Counted from the first letter of the stretch, positions 1 to 10,437 are shown. The stretch: 64,000 nucleotides of DNA from Bacteroidota bacterium (GCA_036340235.1 JAYYZE010000011.1:39492-103491); one strand, 5' to 3'. Program-made: numbers and translations. Notes: generated from the letters alone by a model not told the origin.

Positions 1-355
1 CAAAATAAAAACTTTCTTCAATGTAAGCTGATTTTAGTACTGGTTTATCTTCTTTCTTTCTAAACTCTTTAATTATTTTAGCCGGAGCGTTAGATGATTC
101 CGAAAACATAATAGCTGTATTTCCTTTCAAAGAATTATACATTTGTTCGAAATCAACATCGTTTTTCTCCATTGCCTTTTTCAAAAGTGAATTTTTGATA
201 ACCTGAATTTTGACATCACTTTTATAGCAAAGACGTCTTAAGTCACTGTTACTTTGAGCATTGAGACCAGAAATGTCTGTAAGATAGAAGTTTTTATTGT
301 CTACTAGCTGAACATTTAATTGATCAATTGCTTTATTTTTCTCTTCTCTATTCAT
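1..355 (-). CDS. rplJ: 50S ribosomal protein L10, N-terminal part (3' end runs off the window)
   Basis: Absent from the ORF track because it is open at the window edge. ATG at 355-353. My translation MNREEKNKAIDQLNVQLVDNKNFYLTDISGLNAQSNSDLRRLCYKSDVKIQVIKNSLLKKAM... is L10-like. It lies 12 nt downstream of rplA, as in the rplKAJL cluster. Confidence 0.85.
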   Translation of the reverse strand, partial: MNREEKNKAIDQLNVQLVDNKNFYLTDISGLNAQSNSDLRRLCYKSDVKIQVIKNSLLKKAMEKNDVDFEQMYNSLKGNTAIMFSESSNAPAKIIKEFRKKEDKPVLKSAYIEESFYF

Positions 356-367
356 AATAGTGTCTAA

Positions 368-1057
368 TTAGAATGATTTTTCGTCAATACGAATACTTGG
401 GCTCATCGTACTCGACATGTGTACGCTTTGCATGTACGTTCCTTTGGAAGCAGATGGTTTCAATTTAATAATTGTCTGTAAAAGCTCATTCGCGTTGTCG
501 ACTAGTTTAGATGCATCAAAAGAGGATTTACCAATAGCACAATGTATAATGCCAAACTTGTCAACTTTAAAATCTATCTTACCTTTTTTAACATCAGATA
601 CAGCTTTACCAACCTCCATTGTAACTGTACCTGTTTTTGGATTAGGCATTAGCCCTCGGGGTCCAAGAATTCTACCAAGAGCACCTAGCTTTCCCATTAC
701 TGAAGGCATAGTAATGATAACATCTACATCAGTCCATCCACCTTTAATTTTTTCTATGAAATCATCTAACCCTACAAAATCAGCACCAGCATCTTTCGCT
801 TCAGCTTCTTTATCAGCGGTAACCAAAGCTAAAACTTTTACTTCTTTGCCTGTACCATGTGGAAGTGTGACTACTCCTCTAACCATTTGGTTCGCTTGCT
901 TGGGATCAACGCCCAATTTTACCGCTATATCAACTGACGCGTCGAATTTGGTGGTAGTTACCGACTTCATTAGACCTGCCGCGTCGGCAAGGTTGTAAGA
1001 AATAGATTTGTCAATCAACTCAGACGCTTGCTTCATTTTTTTACTCAATCTTGCCAT
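368..1057 (-). CDS. rplA: 50S ribosomal protein L1
   Basis: 229-aa ORF with typical L1 sequence ([15 protein letters not shown]..., [15 protein letters not shown]), downstream of rplK. Confidence 0.97.
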   Translation of the reverse strand: MARLSKKMKQASELIDKSISYNLADAAGLMKSVTTTKFDASVDIAVKLGVDPKQANQMVRGVVTLPHGTGKEVKVLALVTADKEAEAKDAGADFVGLDDFIEKIKGGWTDVDVIITMPSVMGKLGALGRILGPRGLMPNPKTGTVTMEVGKAVSDVKKGKIDFKVDKFGIIHCAIGKSSFDASKLVDNANELLQTIIKLKPSASKGTYMQSVHMSSTMSPSIRIDEKSF

Positions 1058-1062
1058 AATGA

Positions 1063-1509
1063 TTAATTTTTCTGCGGAGCAGTTCCTCCTTTCACTGTTA
1101 GACCCATACTTCTTGCAGTCCCAGCAACCATCAACATGGCAGATTCTACAGAAAATGCATTTAAATCAGGCATCTTATCTTCGGCAATAGCTTTGACTTG
1201 ATCCCAAGTAACAGAACCTACTTTATTTCTGTTTGGTTCACCAGATCCTTTCTTTTTCTTGGAAGCTTCTAAAAGTTGTACTGCAGCCGGTGCTGTTTTG
1301 ATTACGAATTCAAATGATTTATCAGCATACACCGTAATAACAACTGGAAGTATTTTACCTTGTTTTTCTTGAGTTCGAGCATTAAACTGCTTGCAAAACT
1401 CCATAATATTAACTCCTGCTGCACCAAGAGCAGGACCAACAGGAGGTGAAGGGTTTGCAGCTCCACCCCGAACCTGTAGTTTGACTATTTTACTTACTTC
1501 TTTTGCCAT
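1063..1509 (-). CDS. rplK: 50S ribosomal protein L11
   Basis: 148-aa [38 protein letters not shown] is the L11 N-terminal signature. Confidence 0.97.
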   Translation of the reverse strand: MAKEVSKIVKLQVRGGAANPSPPVGPALGAAGVNIMEFCKQFNARTQEKQGKILPVVITVYADKSFEFVIKTAPAAVQLLEASKKKKGSGEPNRNKVGSVTWDQVKAIAEDKMPDLNAFSVESAMLMVAGTARSMGLTVKGGTAPQKN

Positions 1510-1546
1510 TGATTAAAATAATTTTATGGAATAAAACTGGTGGAGT

Positions 1547-2089
1547 CTATTCTTTTTCGACTTGCATAAAGCCAAGCTCCACAGGTGTTTTTCTTCCAAA
1601 TATCTTTACTGTTACTTTTAATTTTTTCTTCTGCTCATCGATTTCTTCTATAAATCCACTGAAAGAGTTGAAAGGGCCATCGATTACTTTAACAGACTCA
1701 CCAATTACATAAGGATTAACTATCTCTTCATCAGTAATGGCTAGCTCATCGACTTTTCCTAATATTCTATTAACTTCAGAAATCCTCATTGGAACAGGTT
1801 CGCCGCCCTTAGTTGCACCTAAAAAGCCAATTACACCTGGAACCGACTTAACTATGTGCGGAACTTCTCCAACAAGATTAGCTTCAATAAGAATGTAACC
1901 AGGGAAAAAGTTTCTTTCTTTACTGACTTTTTTACCGTTTCTGATTTGAAAGACCTTTTCTGTAGGAACTAGTATTTGTGAGACAAAATCACCCATGTTA
2001 AGACGAGAAATTTCGTTTTCAATGTAAGTGGATACTTTTCTCTCCTGTCCACCAATTGCTCTAACTACATACCAATGTTTTTCAGCCAT
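1547..2089 (-). CDS. nusG: transcription termination/antitermination factor NusG
   Basis: 180 aa with an NGN domain (WYVVRAIGGQERKV) and a KOW region (GESVKVIDGPFNSFSGFIEEI). Sits in the secE-nusG-rplK order. Confidence 0.95.
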   Translation of the reverse strand: MAEKHWYVVRAIGGQERKVSTYIENEISRLNMGDFVSQILVPTEKVFQIRNGKKVSKERNFFPGYILIEANLVGEVPHIVKSVPGVIGFLGATKGGEPVPMRISEVNRILGKVDELAITDEEIVNPYVIGESVKVIDGPFNSFSGFIEEIDEQKKKLKVTVKIFGRKTPVELGFMQVEKE

Positions 2090-2095
2090 TTCTAA

Positions 2096-2287
2096 TTAAA
2101 ATAGTTCGTAGATAACTTCTAGTATATTTCGAAACCCTAGGTCCATAACATAGACAATTAGTGCTATGATAAGAGATGCTATGGCCACAACAATAGAACT
2201 ACCTTGAAGTTCTTTCCAACTGGGCCAAGAAACCTTGTTCATTAAATCGTCTGCCGATTCTTTTATGTATTCAACAAATTTTGCCAT
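2096..2287 (-). CDS. secE: preprotein translocase subunit SecE
   Basis: Single TM helix. MAKFVEYIKESADDLMNKVSWPSWKEL matches the SecE N-terminus. The track start at 2332 overlaps tRNA-Trp, so I moved the start to the ATG at 2287. The ATG at 2296 is an alternative. Confidence 0.8.
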   Translation of the reverse strand: MAKFVEYIKESADDLMNKVSWPSWKELQGSSIVVAIASLIIALIVYVMDLGFRNILEVIYELF

Positions 2288-2301
2288 CTCAAACATTTTA
2301 G

Positions 2302-2374
2302 CACGGGTGGAGAGACTCGAACTCCCAACCAATGGTTTTGGAGACCACTACTCTACCAATTGAGCTACACCCGT
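2302..2374 (-). tRNA. tRNA-Trp (anticodon CCA)
   Basis: Minus strand reads ACGGGTG TA GCTC AATTGGTA GAGT A GTGGT CTCCAAA ACCAT ... TTCGAGT ... CACCCGT G. The cloverleaf folds by hand and the anticodon loop is CU-CCA-AA. Confidence 0.9.
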
Positions 2375-2436
2375 TAAGGTTAGTATTGGATGTGCTAAAA
2401 TTAGCAAACATCCAATACTAAAAATGAATATAGTTA

Positions 2437-3624
2437 TTAGTTAACAATTTCTGTAATCTGTCCTGCACCAACAGTTCTACCACCTTCACGGATAGCAAAA
2501 CGAAGTCCAACACTCATTGCCACTTTATTAATTAATTCAACTGTAATTGTTAGGTTGTCACCAGGCATTACCATTTCTGTTCCGTCTGGTAAGTGAATTT
2601 CTCCGGTTACGTCAGTTGTTCTTAAGTAAAACTGTGGACGGTATTTATTGTGGAATGGTGTATGACGACCACCTTCTTCTTTTTTCAAGATATACACTTC
2701 AGCTTTGAACTTTGTGTGCGGTGTTACAGACCCTGGCTTACATATTACCATACCTCGTTTGATATCGGTTTTTTCAATACCACGAAGAAGGATACCTACG
2801 TTGTCGCCAGCTTCACCTCTATCTAAAATTTTACGGAACATTTCAACCCCAGTAATTGTAGAACCTAACTTCTCAGCTCCCATACCAATAATATCAACCG
2901 CGTCACCAGAGTTAGCAATTCCCGTTTCAATTCGGCCGGTAGCAACTGTACCACGACCTGTAATGGTAAACACATCCTCGATAGGCATCAAGAAGTCTTT
3001 GGCGTTGTCTCTTACTGGCTCTGGAATGAAATTATCCACTTCTTCCATTAGCTTCATTACTGTATCAACCCACTGGGCTTCTCCGTTTAGTGCACCTAAT
3101 GCAGATCCGGAAACAACTGGAGCGTTATCGCCATCGTACTCGTAGAAAGAAAGCAATTCTCTTACCTCCATTTCAACTAGTTCTAATAGTTCTTCGTCGT
3201 CCACCATATCCACTTTGTTTAGAAAAACAACAACAGCAGGAACACCAACCTGGCGAGCCAACAGAATGTGCTCTCTGGTTTGAGGCATTGGACCGTCAGT
3301 GGCCGCACACACTAAGATAGCTCCATCCATTTGTGCAGCACCTGTAACCATGTTCTTGACGTAGTCAGCGTGACCTGGACAATCTACGTGAGCGTAGTGA
3401 CGGTTTGCAGTTTCATACTCAACATGAGCAGTATTGATTGTAATACCTCTTTCTTTTTCTTCTGGTGCATTATCGATAGAATCAAATGCCTGGGCTTCAG
3501 CCAATCCAGCATCCGCCAATACCTTAGTAATTGCGGCAGTCAAGGTTGTTTTACCGTGGTCAACATGACCGATTGTACCAATGTTTAAGTGTGGTTTGGT
3601 ACGATTAAAATTCTCTTTTGCCAT
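2437..3624 (-). CDS. tuf: elongation factor Tu
   Basis: 395 aa with [18 protein letters not shown] and NKVD G-motifs. Full-length EF-Tu. Confidence 0.99.
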   Translation of the reverse strand: MAKENFNRTKPHLNIGTIGHVDHGKTTLTAAITKVLADAGLAEAQAFDSIDNAPEEKERGITINTAHVEYETANRHYAHVDCPGHADYVKNMVTGAAQMDGAILVCAATDGPMPQTREHILLARQVGVPAVVVFLNKVDMVDDEELLELVEMEVRELLSFYEYDGDNAPVVSGSALGALNGEAQWVDTVMKLMEEVDNFIPEPVRDNAKDFLMPIEDVFTITGRGTVATGRIETGIANSGDAVDIIGMGAEKLGSTITGVEMFRKILDRGEAGDNVGILLRGIEKTDIKRGMVICKPGSVTPHTKFKAEVYILKKEEGGRHTPFHNKYRPQFYLRTTDVTGEIHLPDGTEMVMPGDNLTITVELINKVAMSVGLRFAIREGGRTVGAGQITEIVN

Positions 3625-3695
3625 AGCTAGCTATTTTTAATTAATTTAAAGTTAAGCCCTCTTATTTCAAAGAAAAGCTGTTTTTTTATTTGTTG

Positions 3696-3767
3696 AGCCA
3701 ATGACGGGATTTGAACCCGTGACCTCTTCCTTACCAAGGAAACGCTCTACCCCTGAGCTACATCGGC
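3696..3767 (-). tRNA. tRNA-Thr (anticodon GGT)
   Basis: Minus strand GCCGATG TA GCTC AGGGGTA GAGC G TTTCC TTGGTAA GGAAG ... GGGTTCAAATCCC ... CATTGGC T, folded by hand. Confidence 0.9.
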
Positions 3768-3778
3768 TTAGCTTAGAG

Positions 3779-3852
3779 AGCGGGAGACGGGATTCGAACC
3801 CGCGACCCTCAGCTTGGAAGGCTGATGCTCTGGCCAGCTGAGCTACTCCCGC
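3779..3852 (-). tRNA. tRNA-Gly (anticodon TCC)
   Basis: Minus strand GCGGGAG TA GCTC AGCTGGCCA GAGC A TCAGC CTTCCAA GCTGA ... GGGTTCGAATCCC ... CTCCCGC T. Confidence 0.9.
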
Positions 3853-3867
3853 TAATAATCAATAAAG

Positions 3868-3949
3868 TGGGGAGAGCAGGATTCGAACCTACGAAGGCGT
3901 AGCCAACAGATTTACAGTCTGTCCTCGTTGACCGCTTGAGTATCTCCCC
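3868..3949 (-). tRNA. tRNA-Tyr (anticodon GTA), long variable arm
   Basis: Minus strand GGGGAGA TA CTCAAGCGGTCAACGAG G ACAGA CTGTAAA TCTGT TGGCTACGCCTTC GTAGGTTCGAATCCTGC TCTCCCC A. Confidence 0.9.
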
Positions 3950-3979
3950 TTACGATTATAGCTCTTAAACTAAGAACTG

Positions 3980-4053
3980 AGCCGCTAGAGGGACTCGAAC
4001 CCACGACCTGCTGATTACAAATCAGCTGCTCTAGCCAGCTGAGCTATAGCGGC
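3980..4053 (-). tRNA. tRNA-Thr (anticodon TGT)
   Basis: Minus strand GCCGCTA TA GCTC AGCTGGCTA GAGC A GCTGA TTTGTAA TCAGC ... GGGTTCGAGTCCC ... TAGCGGC T. Confidence 0.9.
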
Positions 4054-4095
4054 AAATCAATAAATAAAAAAACAGCCCCTCTTAAAAAGGGTTTG

Positions 4096-4126
4096 CAAAT
4101 GTATTAAAGTTTTTTGTTCACACAAA
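4096..4126 (-). promoter_or_regulatory. candidate Bacteroidetes-type promoter (TTTG-N19-TACATTTG) upstream of the tRNA-tuf operon
   Basis: On the minus strand: TTTG at 4126-4123, a 19-nt spacer, then TACATTTG at 4103-4096. This fits the TTTG / TAnnTTTG (-33/-7) consensus. A hairpin plus U-tract lies between it and the first tRNA (see findings). Confidence 0.4.
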
Positions 4127-4181
4127 TAACTAATATGCTTTTTTTTTATTTGAATGAAAGTTTTTTATAAAAGAGATAGAT

Positions 4182-4475
4182 TTAGCGATTTCGTTCTTTA
4201 TTTTTTTTGACCTGACGTTTTAGTGCGTCTTGTACTAAGTCAATGGCTTGTTCGAATGACTCACATTGCTTACTTGCAAAAAACTCTTTGTTTTTTGTAT
4301 TTATTTTCACCTCTACAATTTTGTTAGAATTGGTGTCTGATTTTTCAAGTCTCAAAAAAACTTCTGAAAAAATTAGTTCATCATCAAACAGGTTAAGTTT
4401 TTCTATTTTTTTGTGAATGAGATTTAGAAGCTTTTGGTCAGCATCAAAATGAATGGAATGAATGGTAATTTGCAT
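4182..4475 (-). CDS. hpf: ribosome hibernation factor, short HPF/YfiA (S30AE) family
   Basis: 97 aa. MQITIHSIHFDADQKLLNLIHKKIEKL... and the KEFFASKQCESFEQAIDLVQDALKRQV pattern are typical of YfiA/HPF. The position next to the tRNA-tuf block is conserved. Confidence 0.85.
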   Translation of the reverse strand: MQITIHSIHFDADQKLLNLIHKKIEKLNLFDDELIFSEVFLRLEKSDTNSNKIVEVKINTKNKEFFASKQCESFEQAIDLVQDALKRQVKKNKERNR

Positions 4476-4487
4476 GCTAAATTAAAT

Positions 4488-5369
4488 TTATGCTCTAGGG
4501 TGAGCGTTTTTATAAACAGTTTTTAGTTTCTCAATAGAATTGTGAGTGTACACCTGGGTGGCAGCAAGACTAGCATGACCCAGTATTTCCTTTATGACAT
4601 TAAGGTCTGCGCCATTGTTAAGCATGTGAGTAGCAAAAGTATGACGGAGTACGTGTGGACTGGTACTTTTTAAACTACTCACAGTCGACAGCAGATGATT
4701 TATTGTTCTGTATACAAATGAGGTATTAAGTCTTTTTCCATTTTCGGTCAACAAAAGAATCGTTTGATCTTTTTGGCATAAATTTTGTCTTAGTTTCATA
4801 TACGATCCTATAGAATTTATTAACTCTTTGGTTAACGGAATAATTCGTTCTTTATTTCGCTTGCCTAACACTTTTAATTGATGTTGATAATGGTCAACAT
4901 CCATGACTTTGATATTTATGAGTTCGGACAGTCTGATTCCTGTCGAATAAAATAACTCAACTAACAATCGATCTCTCTTTCCTTCGAAATTGTCCTGAAA
5001 TTGATAGTTATCGAGGAGGTTGTTTATTTCGTCTTGACTAAGAAAACTTGGAATTTTTTTAGGTACTTTTGATGTACTCAATAAAATGGTTGGATTTTTT
5101 TTGACAAGATTTTGTTTAATAGCGTATTTATAAAATGATTTCAAGGATGAAATTTTTCTATTAATGCTTCTTGGCGAATTTCCCTTTTCAATTTCCGAAA
5201 CCAACCAACTTCTTATCATTTTGTTAGTGGCTTTAGTTGGTGTTGTAAGACATCTATCCTCCAGAAAGTTTAGAAAAAGAGATAAGTCTGATTTATAAGA
5301 TCGAACTGTGTTAACAGAATATCTTTTTTCAAGTGAAAGGTAATCAAGAAAAGGTTGAATACATGACAT
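4488..5369 (-). CDS. tyrosine site-specific recombinase, XerC/XerD-like
   Basis: 293 aa with an N-terminal SAM-like domain. Catalytic motifs are present (GIRLSEL, HVLRHTFATHML, LGHASLAATQVYTH). Confidence 0.85.
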   Translation of the reverse strand: MSCIQPFLDYLSLEKRYSVNTVRSYKSDLSLFLNFLEDRCLTTPTKATNKMIRSWLVSEIEKGNSPRSINRKISSLKSFYKYAIKQNLVKKNPTILLSTSKVPKKIPSFLSQDEINNLLDNYQFQDNFEGKRDRLLVELFYSTGIRLSELINIKVMDVDHYQHQLKVLGKRNKERIIPLTKELINSIGSYMKLRQNLCQKDQTILLLTENGKRLNTSFVYRTINHLLSTVSSLKSTSPHVLRHTFATHMLNNGADLNVIKEILGHASLAATQVYTHNSIEKLKTVYKNAHPRA

Positions 5370-5436
5370 AAAAAAACACCAATTGATACGAATATAACAA
5401 ATTAAAGCTAAAATATCAATTGGAGCAACAAGAGAT

Positions 5437-5628
5437 TTAGTCTTCTTCTCTGCGTAGAGTTTCTTTGTAGGCGGCTCTTATCTTTTGATTTCGTAATTCA
5501 ACAGATTTTTTGGTGAACTCCTTGCGCTCTCTTAGTTGTTTCATAGTTCCTGTTAGATTGAACTTCTTTTTAAACTTTTTAAGCGCTCTGTCAATAGATT
5601 CGCCGTCTTTAACTGGAATTATTATCAT
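5437..5628 (-). CDS. rpsU: 30S ribosomal protein S21
   Basis: 63 aa. GESIDRALKKFKKKF...KEFTKKSVELRNQ is S21-like. Confidence 0.95.
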   Translation of the reverse strand: MIIIPVKDGESIDRALKKFKKKFNLTGTMKQLRERKEFTKKSVELRNQKIRAAYKETLRREED

Positions 5629-5683
5629 AAATTTTAATAATTGGGTTGCAAATATAGAAATATATCTTTCACAAGTGCCAGAT

Positions 5684-6823
5684 TTATTTCAAAATTTGTT
5701 TTGCAATGACTATTTTTTGAATTTCTGAGGTGCCTTCGCCTATTGTACATAGCTTAGAATCTCTGTAAAATCGTTCGACTGGAAAGTCTTTGGTAAAACC
5801 GTAGCCCCCAAAAATTTGAATGGCTTCGGATGATACATTTACTGCAACTTCAGATGAAAAATACTTTGCCATTGATCCACTTTGTGTAATTTTTTGTCCA
5901 AAGTTTTTTTGACTTACAGCGTTATAAATTAGTAATTCAGAGGCATCTATCTTTGTAGCCATATCTGCTAGTTTAAAGGAGATGGCTTGATGCTGGGCTA
6001 TGGGTTTGCCAAACTGCACTCTGTCTTTAGCATATTTCAAAGACGCTTGAAAAGCCCCTTTAGCTATTCCTAAAGAAAGTGCAGCAATGGATATTCTTCC
6101 TCCATCAAGGACTTTCATAGCTTGAACAAAACCTTCACCAATATCTCCCAAGATATTTTGTTCTGGTATTCTACAATCAACAAAAATGAGCTCGGCGGTT
6201 TCTGAGGCCCTCATTCCAAGCTTATCTTCCTTTTTACCATAACTTAATCCAGGCGTTCCTTTCTCTACAATGAATGCAGACATGCCTTTTGAATCGCTTT
6301 TTTGACCAGTTCTGGCAATTATAACGGCAATGTCTCCGCTAATAGCATGTGTTATAAAATTTTTTGCACCATTTATTACCCAATGCTTTCCATCTTTGAC
6401 TGCAGTTGTTAACATTCCGCCAGAATCTGAGCCAGTGTTGTGTTCTGTTAATCCCCATGCACCTATCCATTCTGCGCTGGCTAACTTAGGAAGATATTTT
6501 AGTTTTTGTTCTTGGCTTCCAAATTGTAAAATATGACCAGTACACAGAGAGTTGTGTGCGGCCATAGACAAACCTATTGATGGATCGACCTTGGAAAGCT
6601 CTTCAATAGCAGTGACGTATTCAAGATATCCAAAACCGGCCCCTCCGTACTCTTGTGGAACTAAAACACCCATTAAACCAAGCTCTCCTAGCTTTTTGAA
6701 TACATGAATGGGAAAGGTTTGATTTTCGTCCCAGGCTTTCATGTGTGGCTCAACTTCCTTGAGCATGAAGGATTGCACCATATCTGCAATTAAAAGTTGA
6801 TTTTCGTTATAGCTAAAATTCAT
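5684..6823 (-). CDS. acyl-CoA dehydrogenase family protein
   Basis: 379 aa with the ACAD N, middle and C domains ([30 protein letters not shown]). Confidence 0.9.
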   Translation of the reverse strand: MNFSYNENQLLIADMVQSFMLKEVEPHMKAWDENQTFPIHVFKKLGELGLMGVLVPQEYGGAGFGYLEYVTAIEELSKVDPSIGLSMAAHNSLCTGHILQFGSQEQKLKYLPKLASAEWIGAWGLTEHNTGSDSGGMLTTAVKDGKHWVINGAKNFITHAISGDIAVIIARTGQKSDSKGMSAFIVEKGTPGLSYGKKEDKLGMRASETAELIFVDCRIPEQNILGDIGEGFVQAMKVLDGGRISIAALSLGIAKGAFQASLKYAKDRVQFGKPIAQHQAISFKLADMATKIDASELLIYNAVSQKNFGQKITQSGSMAKYFSSEVAVNVSSEAIQIFGGYGFTKDFPVERFYRDSKLCTIGEGTSEIQKIVIAKQILK

Positions 6824-6826
6824 AGT

Positions 6827-7366
6827 TTAGTATTTGATCAAAGATACAATCGTGTCGGCATTGTTTTTTATCCTCTCTCTTCCAAATAAATAGGTCAATT
6901 CTATTAAAAAAAGAAAAGCTGAGACGTTTCCTCCTAATTGTTTAACAAGCTCTGCCGCAGCATTAGCTGTTCCTCCTGTAGCTAGTAGGTCGTCATGAAC
7001 TACAACATGCCAACCTTCTTGGATGGCGTCAGAGTGAATTTCAATAGTTGCAGTACCATATTCTAGTTCATATTTTTTAGCCACAGTATGGTAGGGTAGC
7101 TTTCCGGCTTTCCGAACAGGAATAAACGGGACGTTCATTCGATTTGCCAGCATCATTCCGAAAAGAAAACCACGGCTTTCAATACCTACAATGGCATCTA
7201 CTTTTGATTGAGATAGGTGTTGTGCAAAGGCATCGATAACAATGGATGATGTACTAGGACATTGCAACAAGGGAGTAATATCTTTATATGCTATACCCTC
7301 TTTGGGAAAATCACTGATTTCTCTGATTTTTTTTTCTATTAGTGATTGGAAGTTTTTGACTGTCAT
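6827..7366 (-). CDS. apt: adenine phosphoribosyltransferase
   Basis: 179 aa. DFPKEGIAYKDITPLL and the PRPP-binding loop VVVHDDLLATGGTA. Confidence 0.9.
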   Translation of the reverse strand: MTVKNFQSLIEKKIREISDFPKEGIAYKDITPLLQCPSTSSIVIDAFAQHLSQSKVDAIVGIESRGFLFGMMLANRMNVPFIPVRKAGKLPYHTVAKKYELEYGTATIEIHSDAIQEGWHVVVHDDLLATGGTANAAAELVKQLGGNVSAFLFLIELTYLFGRERIKNNADTIVSLIKY

Positions 7367-8000
7367 TTGGTGATAAAATAGGTTACAATTTTACAAAATT
7401 TGTTGGAGTCTATCAAGAGAATATTCTTCAAATCTTGCAAGCTTTTGAAATGACCGTTTTGATGTCTGTAGTTGCAAATAACGATAGCTAATTTATAAGA
7501 TCTGTATGGATGTTTACTGAGTTCTTGTTGACTTGCGATATTAATGTAATGTTTTAATAAGAGACGTGTCAACTAGTAAGTGCTTTTGAAACTGGACAAA
7601 TCTAGCGCAGTCCATCCCATACACTTCATGCAACTGGCTTTTTGAATAAAAGCCACCTGGCAGTTGAAAGGTACTTATATATTTTACTAGCAAAAAAAGA
7701 CCCAGTTTGGGACAAGGTCATAAAATCTAAGCTATCTGCTGAATTAATTTCTAACATTGTAAGCTTGAGTTTAGAATAGTTTGACTTGTACACTTTCTTA
7801 TTTTTAATTACGCTTTTGGTGGTTTTTTTTCGGCTTTTTCTTAGGCCGTTTAATAAATTTTCAAATTCAGTGAAGTCATAATCTTTTCGAAATTTCGATG
7901 GCTGAAATGGTCAGTAATCAATGCCATAGAAATGATAATCACACAAAGCACAAGGACGGCTAGTTTTTGTGTTGAGCTAAAAATAAAATACGTTCTTCAT
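7363..8000 (-). pseudogene. ComEA-like helix-hairpin-helix DNA-binding protein, disrupted by about four frameshifts
   Basis: Four minus-strand segments in different frames together rebuild one ComEA/HhH-type protein. They are: MKNVFYF* (8000-7977); SSTQKLAVLVLCVIIISMALI... (TM anchor); ...DYDFTEFENLLNG...LEINSADSLDFMTLSQTGSFFASKIYKYLST; GGFYSKSQLHEVYGMDCARFVQFQKHLLVDTS; and the track ORF 7363-7572 (YINIASQQELSKHPYRSYKLAIVICNYRHQNGHFKSLQDLKNI). Confidence 0.6.
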
Positions 8001-8015
8001 GGCACCTCAGGTTGT

Positions 8016-9521
8016 TTATTTCTTTTTAATTTCTCCTGAATTAATTTTATTCATATATTTTTTTAAGTCAAGCTTAACTTCTCCAGAAAGAATTAAAAGT
8101 CCTAGTATATTCGGAAACGCCATAGCTAAAATCATCATATCTGAAAAATCCAATACAGCACCTAATTTTACAGATGATCCGATTATTATAAATACAAGAA
8201 AAATTAGCTTGTAGACAAGTTCAGATTTTTTGGAAGATCCAAACAAATAGGTCCATGACTTTAGTCCGTAATATGACCAGGATATCATGGTAGAAAAGGC
8301 AAATAAAAATATAGCTATTACTAACACATAGGGAAACCATGAAATAACACTTTCAAATGCTTGAGATGTTAATTGAGCACCTTCAATACCTTGTACTCCT
8401 GACATACCTGTTACTATAATAACAAGAGCGGTCATTGTACAAATTACTACGGTATCAATAAATGGCTCCAATAGTGAAACCAATCCTTCGCTGACAGGTT
8501 CATTGGTTTTTGTGGCAGAGTGCGCAATTGATGCCGAACCAACACCCGCTTCATTTGAAAAGGCAGCCCTTCTAAACCCTTGAATTATTACTCCAATAAA
8601 GCCTCCAAATGCCGCACTTGGAGCAAAAGCACCTTTTATAATCATAGCAAATGCATTGCCTAATTCAATAAAATGAACAGACAAAATTATTAAGGCAGCT
8701 GTAACGTACAATACTGCCATAATTGGCACAATTTTTTCAGTGACTCTTGCAATACTTTTTATTCCTCCAATGATAACAGTTCCCACAAGTAGTGCTAGAA
8801 TGAATCCGAACATTGGACCATTACCTGAAAGCATAGGGAATTGACCAGCCAATTGTGCATAGGCCTGATTGGCTTGAAACATATTTCCCCCTCCAAAAGA
8901 CCCACCAATGCACAAGAAAGCAAATAAAATGGCTAATACTTTACCTGTTTTGGCTAGTCCATATTTCGACAGTCCATTCTTTAGATAATACATCGGCCCG
9001 CCGGAAACTTCTCCTTTGTCATTTATTATTCTGTATTTAACCCCAAGCGTACATTCCACAAATTTGGAAGACATTCCAAGTAGACCAGCTACTACCATCC
9101 AAAAGGTGGCTCCAGGGCCGCCAACAGTGATGGCAACCGCTACACCGGCAATGTTACCTAAACCTACCGTGGCAGAAAGAGCCGTCGCTAAAGCCTGAAA
9201 ATGCGACACCTCTCCTTTATCATTAGGGTCATCATACTTTCCCCTAACTAAATCTATGGCGTGTCTAAACCCACGTAGGTTAATAAAATTCATTTTAAAT
9301 GTAAAAAACAAAGCTCCAAAGATGAGCCACAACACAACAATGGGAATCGTGACACCTAGTTCAATTCCGAGAGCTGAGACAGGGTCCCAAAAAATAACCT
9401 TTGCTAAAACTTCTACAATCGGCACAAAAAAGTTGTTGATTCTTTCACCCAGTGACATAGATTCCTGAGCACACAGATTGGTTGAAAATAGGAGGCTTAC
9501 AATAGTTAAAATTTTCTTCAT
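8016..9521 (-). CDS. sodium:alanine (amino acid:cation) symporter, AGCS family
   Basis: 501 aa, polytopic. [40 protein letters not shown] is the AGCS signature region. Confidence 0.9.
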   Translation of the reverse strand: MKKILTIVSLLFSTNLCAQESMSLGERINNFFVPIVEVLAKVIFWDPVSALGIELGVTIPIVVLWLIFGALFFTFKMNFINLRGFRHAIDLVRGKYDDPNDKGEVSHFQALATALSATVGLGNIAGVAVAITVGGPGATFWMVVAGLLGMSSKFVECTLGVKYRIINDKGEVSGGPMYYLKNGLSKYGLAKTGKVLAILFAFLCIGGSFGGGNMFQANQAYAQLAGQFPMLSGNGPMFGFILALLVGTVIIGGIKSIARVTEKIVPIMAVLYVTAALIILSVHFIELGNAFAMIIKGAFAPSAAFGGFIGVIIQGFRRAAFSNEAGVGSASIAHSATKTNEPVSEGLVSLLEPFIDTVVICTMTALVIIVTGMSGVQGIEGAQLTSQAFESVISWFPYVLVIAIFLFAFSTMISWSYYGLKSWTYLFGSSKKSELVYKLIFLVFIIIGSSVKLGAVLDFSDMMILAMAFPNILGLLILSGEVKLDLKKYMNKINSGEIKKK

Positions 9522-9531
9522 TGGTTGTATT

Positions 9532-10431
9532 CTATTGGGTTAATTGTTGTTCTAAAATCTGAAGACCTTCTTCAAACGAATGGGGCTGATAACCTAATTC
9601 GCTAATTGATTTGTCAAGTATGAAACCTGTCTTTGGTGGTCGTTTTGCTTTTTGATTTAATGTGGATGACGAAATTCGATTTATGTTAGATTTATCACAT
9701 TTGTAAAAGTCAGCCATACGTTCCACCATTTCATAAATACTCATTGTATCTTTGCCAGAAGCATTAAATACACCATAGGCTTGTTTATCAATTGCTAACA
9801 GACAGGCCTGAGCCAAGTCCTCGGCTAGTGTAGGTGCCCGGAATTGATCATCAATAATATTTAGTGCAGTGCCATCTTTAAGCGCTTTACGACCCCACAA
9901 AACAATATTGTTTCGCTGTAAATTTTCAGCAGTACCATATAGTATTATGGTTCTTAGAATAGTCCATTTTATACTTGACTGGCGTATCAATTTTTCCGAT
10001 TTCAACTTTGACAAACCGTAGTAACTTAACGGATTTGGTAAATCTGTTTCAGTATAAGGGCCATCTTCTCCATCAAAAATGAAATCAGTTGAAATTTGAA
10101 TTAGGTGTGCGCTGTGTCTAAAACATGATTGAACTAAGTAATCCACTGCTTTTACATTTAGTTCGTCACAACCCTTATGGTTATCTTCGCAACCATCAAC
10201 ATCGGTCATGGCTGCTGTATTAATTATTACCTCAGGCTTAAAGTCATCGACTAATTCGTTGATTGCTTTTTGATCAGTAATGTTAAGCGGTTTATATTCA
10301 AATTCGGTCTGATTACTAACAAGGCAATTACCCAATGATGTAGCTAAAAGCTGGTAATTTTTCTTTAATAAGTGAATCAACTTTTGACCCAAAAGTCCAT
10401 TGCTGCCGGTAATGAGAATTCGCTTTGACAT
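9532..10431 (-). CDS. SDR-family NAD(P)-dependent sugar reductase, dTDP-4-dehydrorhamnose reductase (RmlD)-like
   Basis: 299 aa with the Rossmann motif [12 protein letters not shown] and the catalytic [10 protein letters not shown] (YxxxK). Length and C-terminal region are RmlD-like. Confidence 0.7.
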   Translation of the reverse strand: MSKRILITGSNGLLGQKLIHLLKKNYQLLATSLGNCLVSNQTEFEYKPLNITDQKAINELVDDFKPEVIINTAAMTDVDGCEDNHKGCDELNVKAVDYLVQSCFRHSAHLIQISTDFIFDGEDGPYTETDLPNPLSYYGLSKLKSEKLIRQSSIKWTILRTIILYGTAENLQRNNIVLWGRKALKDGTALNIIDDQFRAPTLAEDLAQACLLAIDKQAYGVFNASGKDTMSIYEMVERMADFYKCDKSNINRISSSTLNQKAKRPPKTGFILDKSISELGYQPHSFEEGLQILEQQLTQ

Positions 10432-10437
10432 TTGTTA

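Noticed and set aside
417-998. Long antisense or out-of-frame ORFs in the track. Examples: 417-998+, 2705-3145+, 14394-14732+, 16653-16991+, 23791-24132+, 27202-27546+, 44147-44446-, 45454-45771-, 49029-49445+, 62843-63268+.
   Set aside because: Each lies entirely inside a confidently identified gene on the opposite strand or in another frame. Their translations are low-complexity with no family pattern. They are shadow ORFs of the real genes.
2297-2332. N-terminal extension of the secE ORF (MVGSSSLSTRAK...).
   Set aside because: It overlaps tRNA-Trp (2302-2374) on the same strand. The SecE homology begins at MAKFVEY (ATG at 2287).
4488-5369. Tyrosine recombinase as a marker of an integrated mobile element next to tRNA genes.
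   Set aside because: It sits in the conserved Bacteroidota housekeeping arrangement rpsU-xerC/D-like-hpf-tRNAs-tuf. I could see no flanking direct repeats, tRNA 3'-end duplication or cargo genes.
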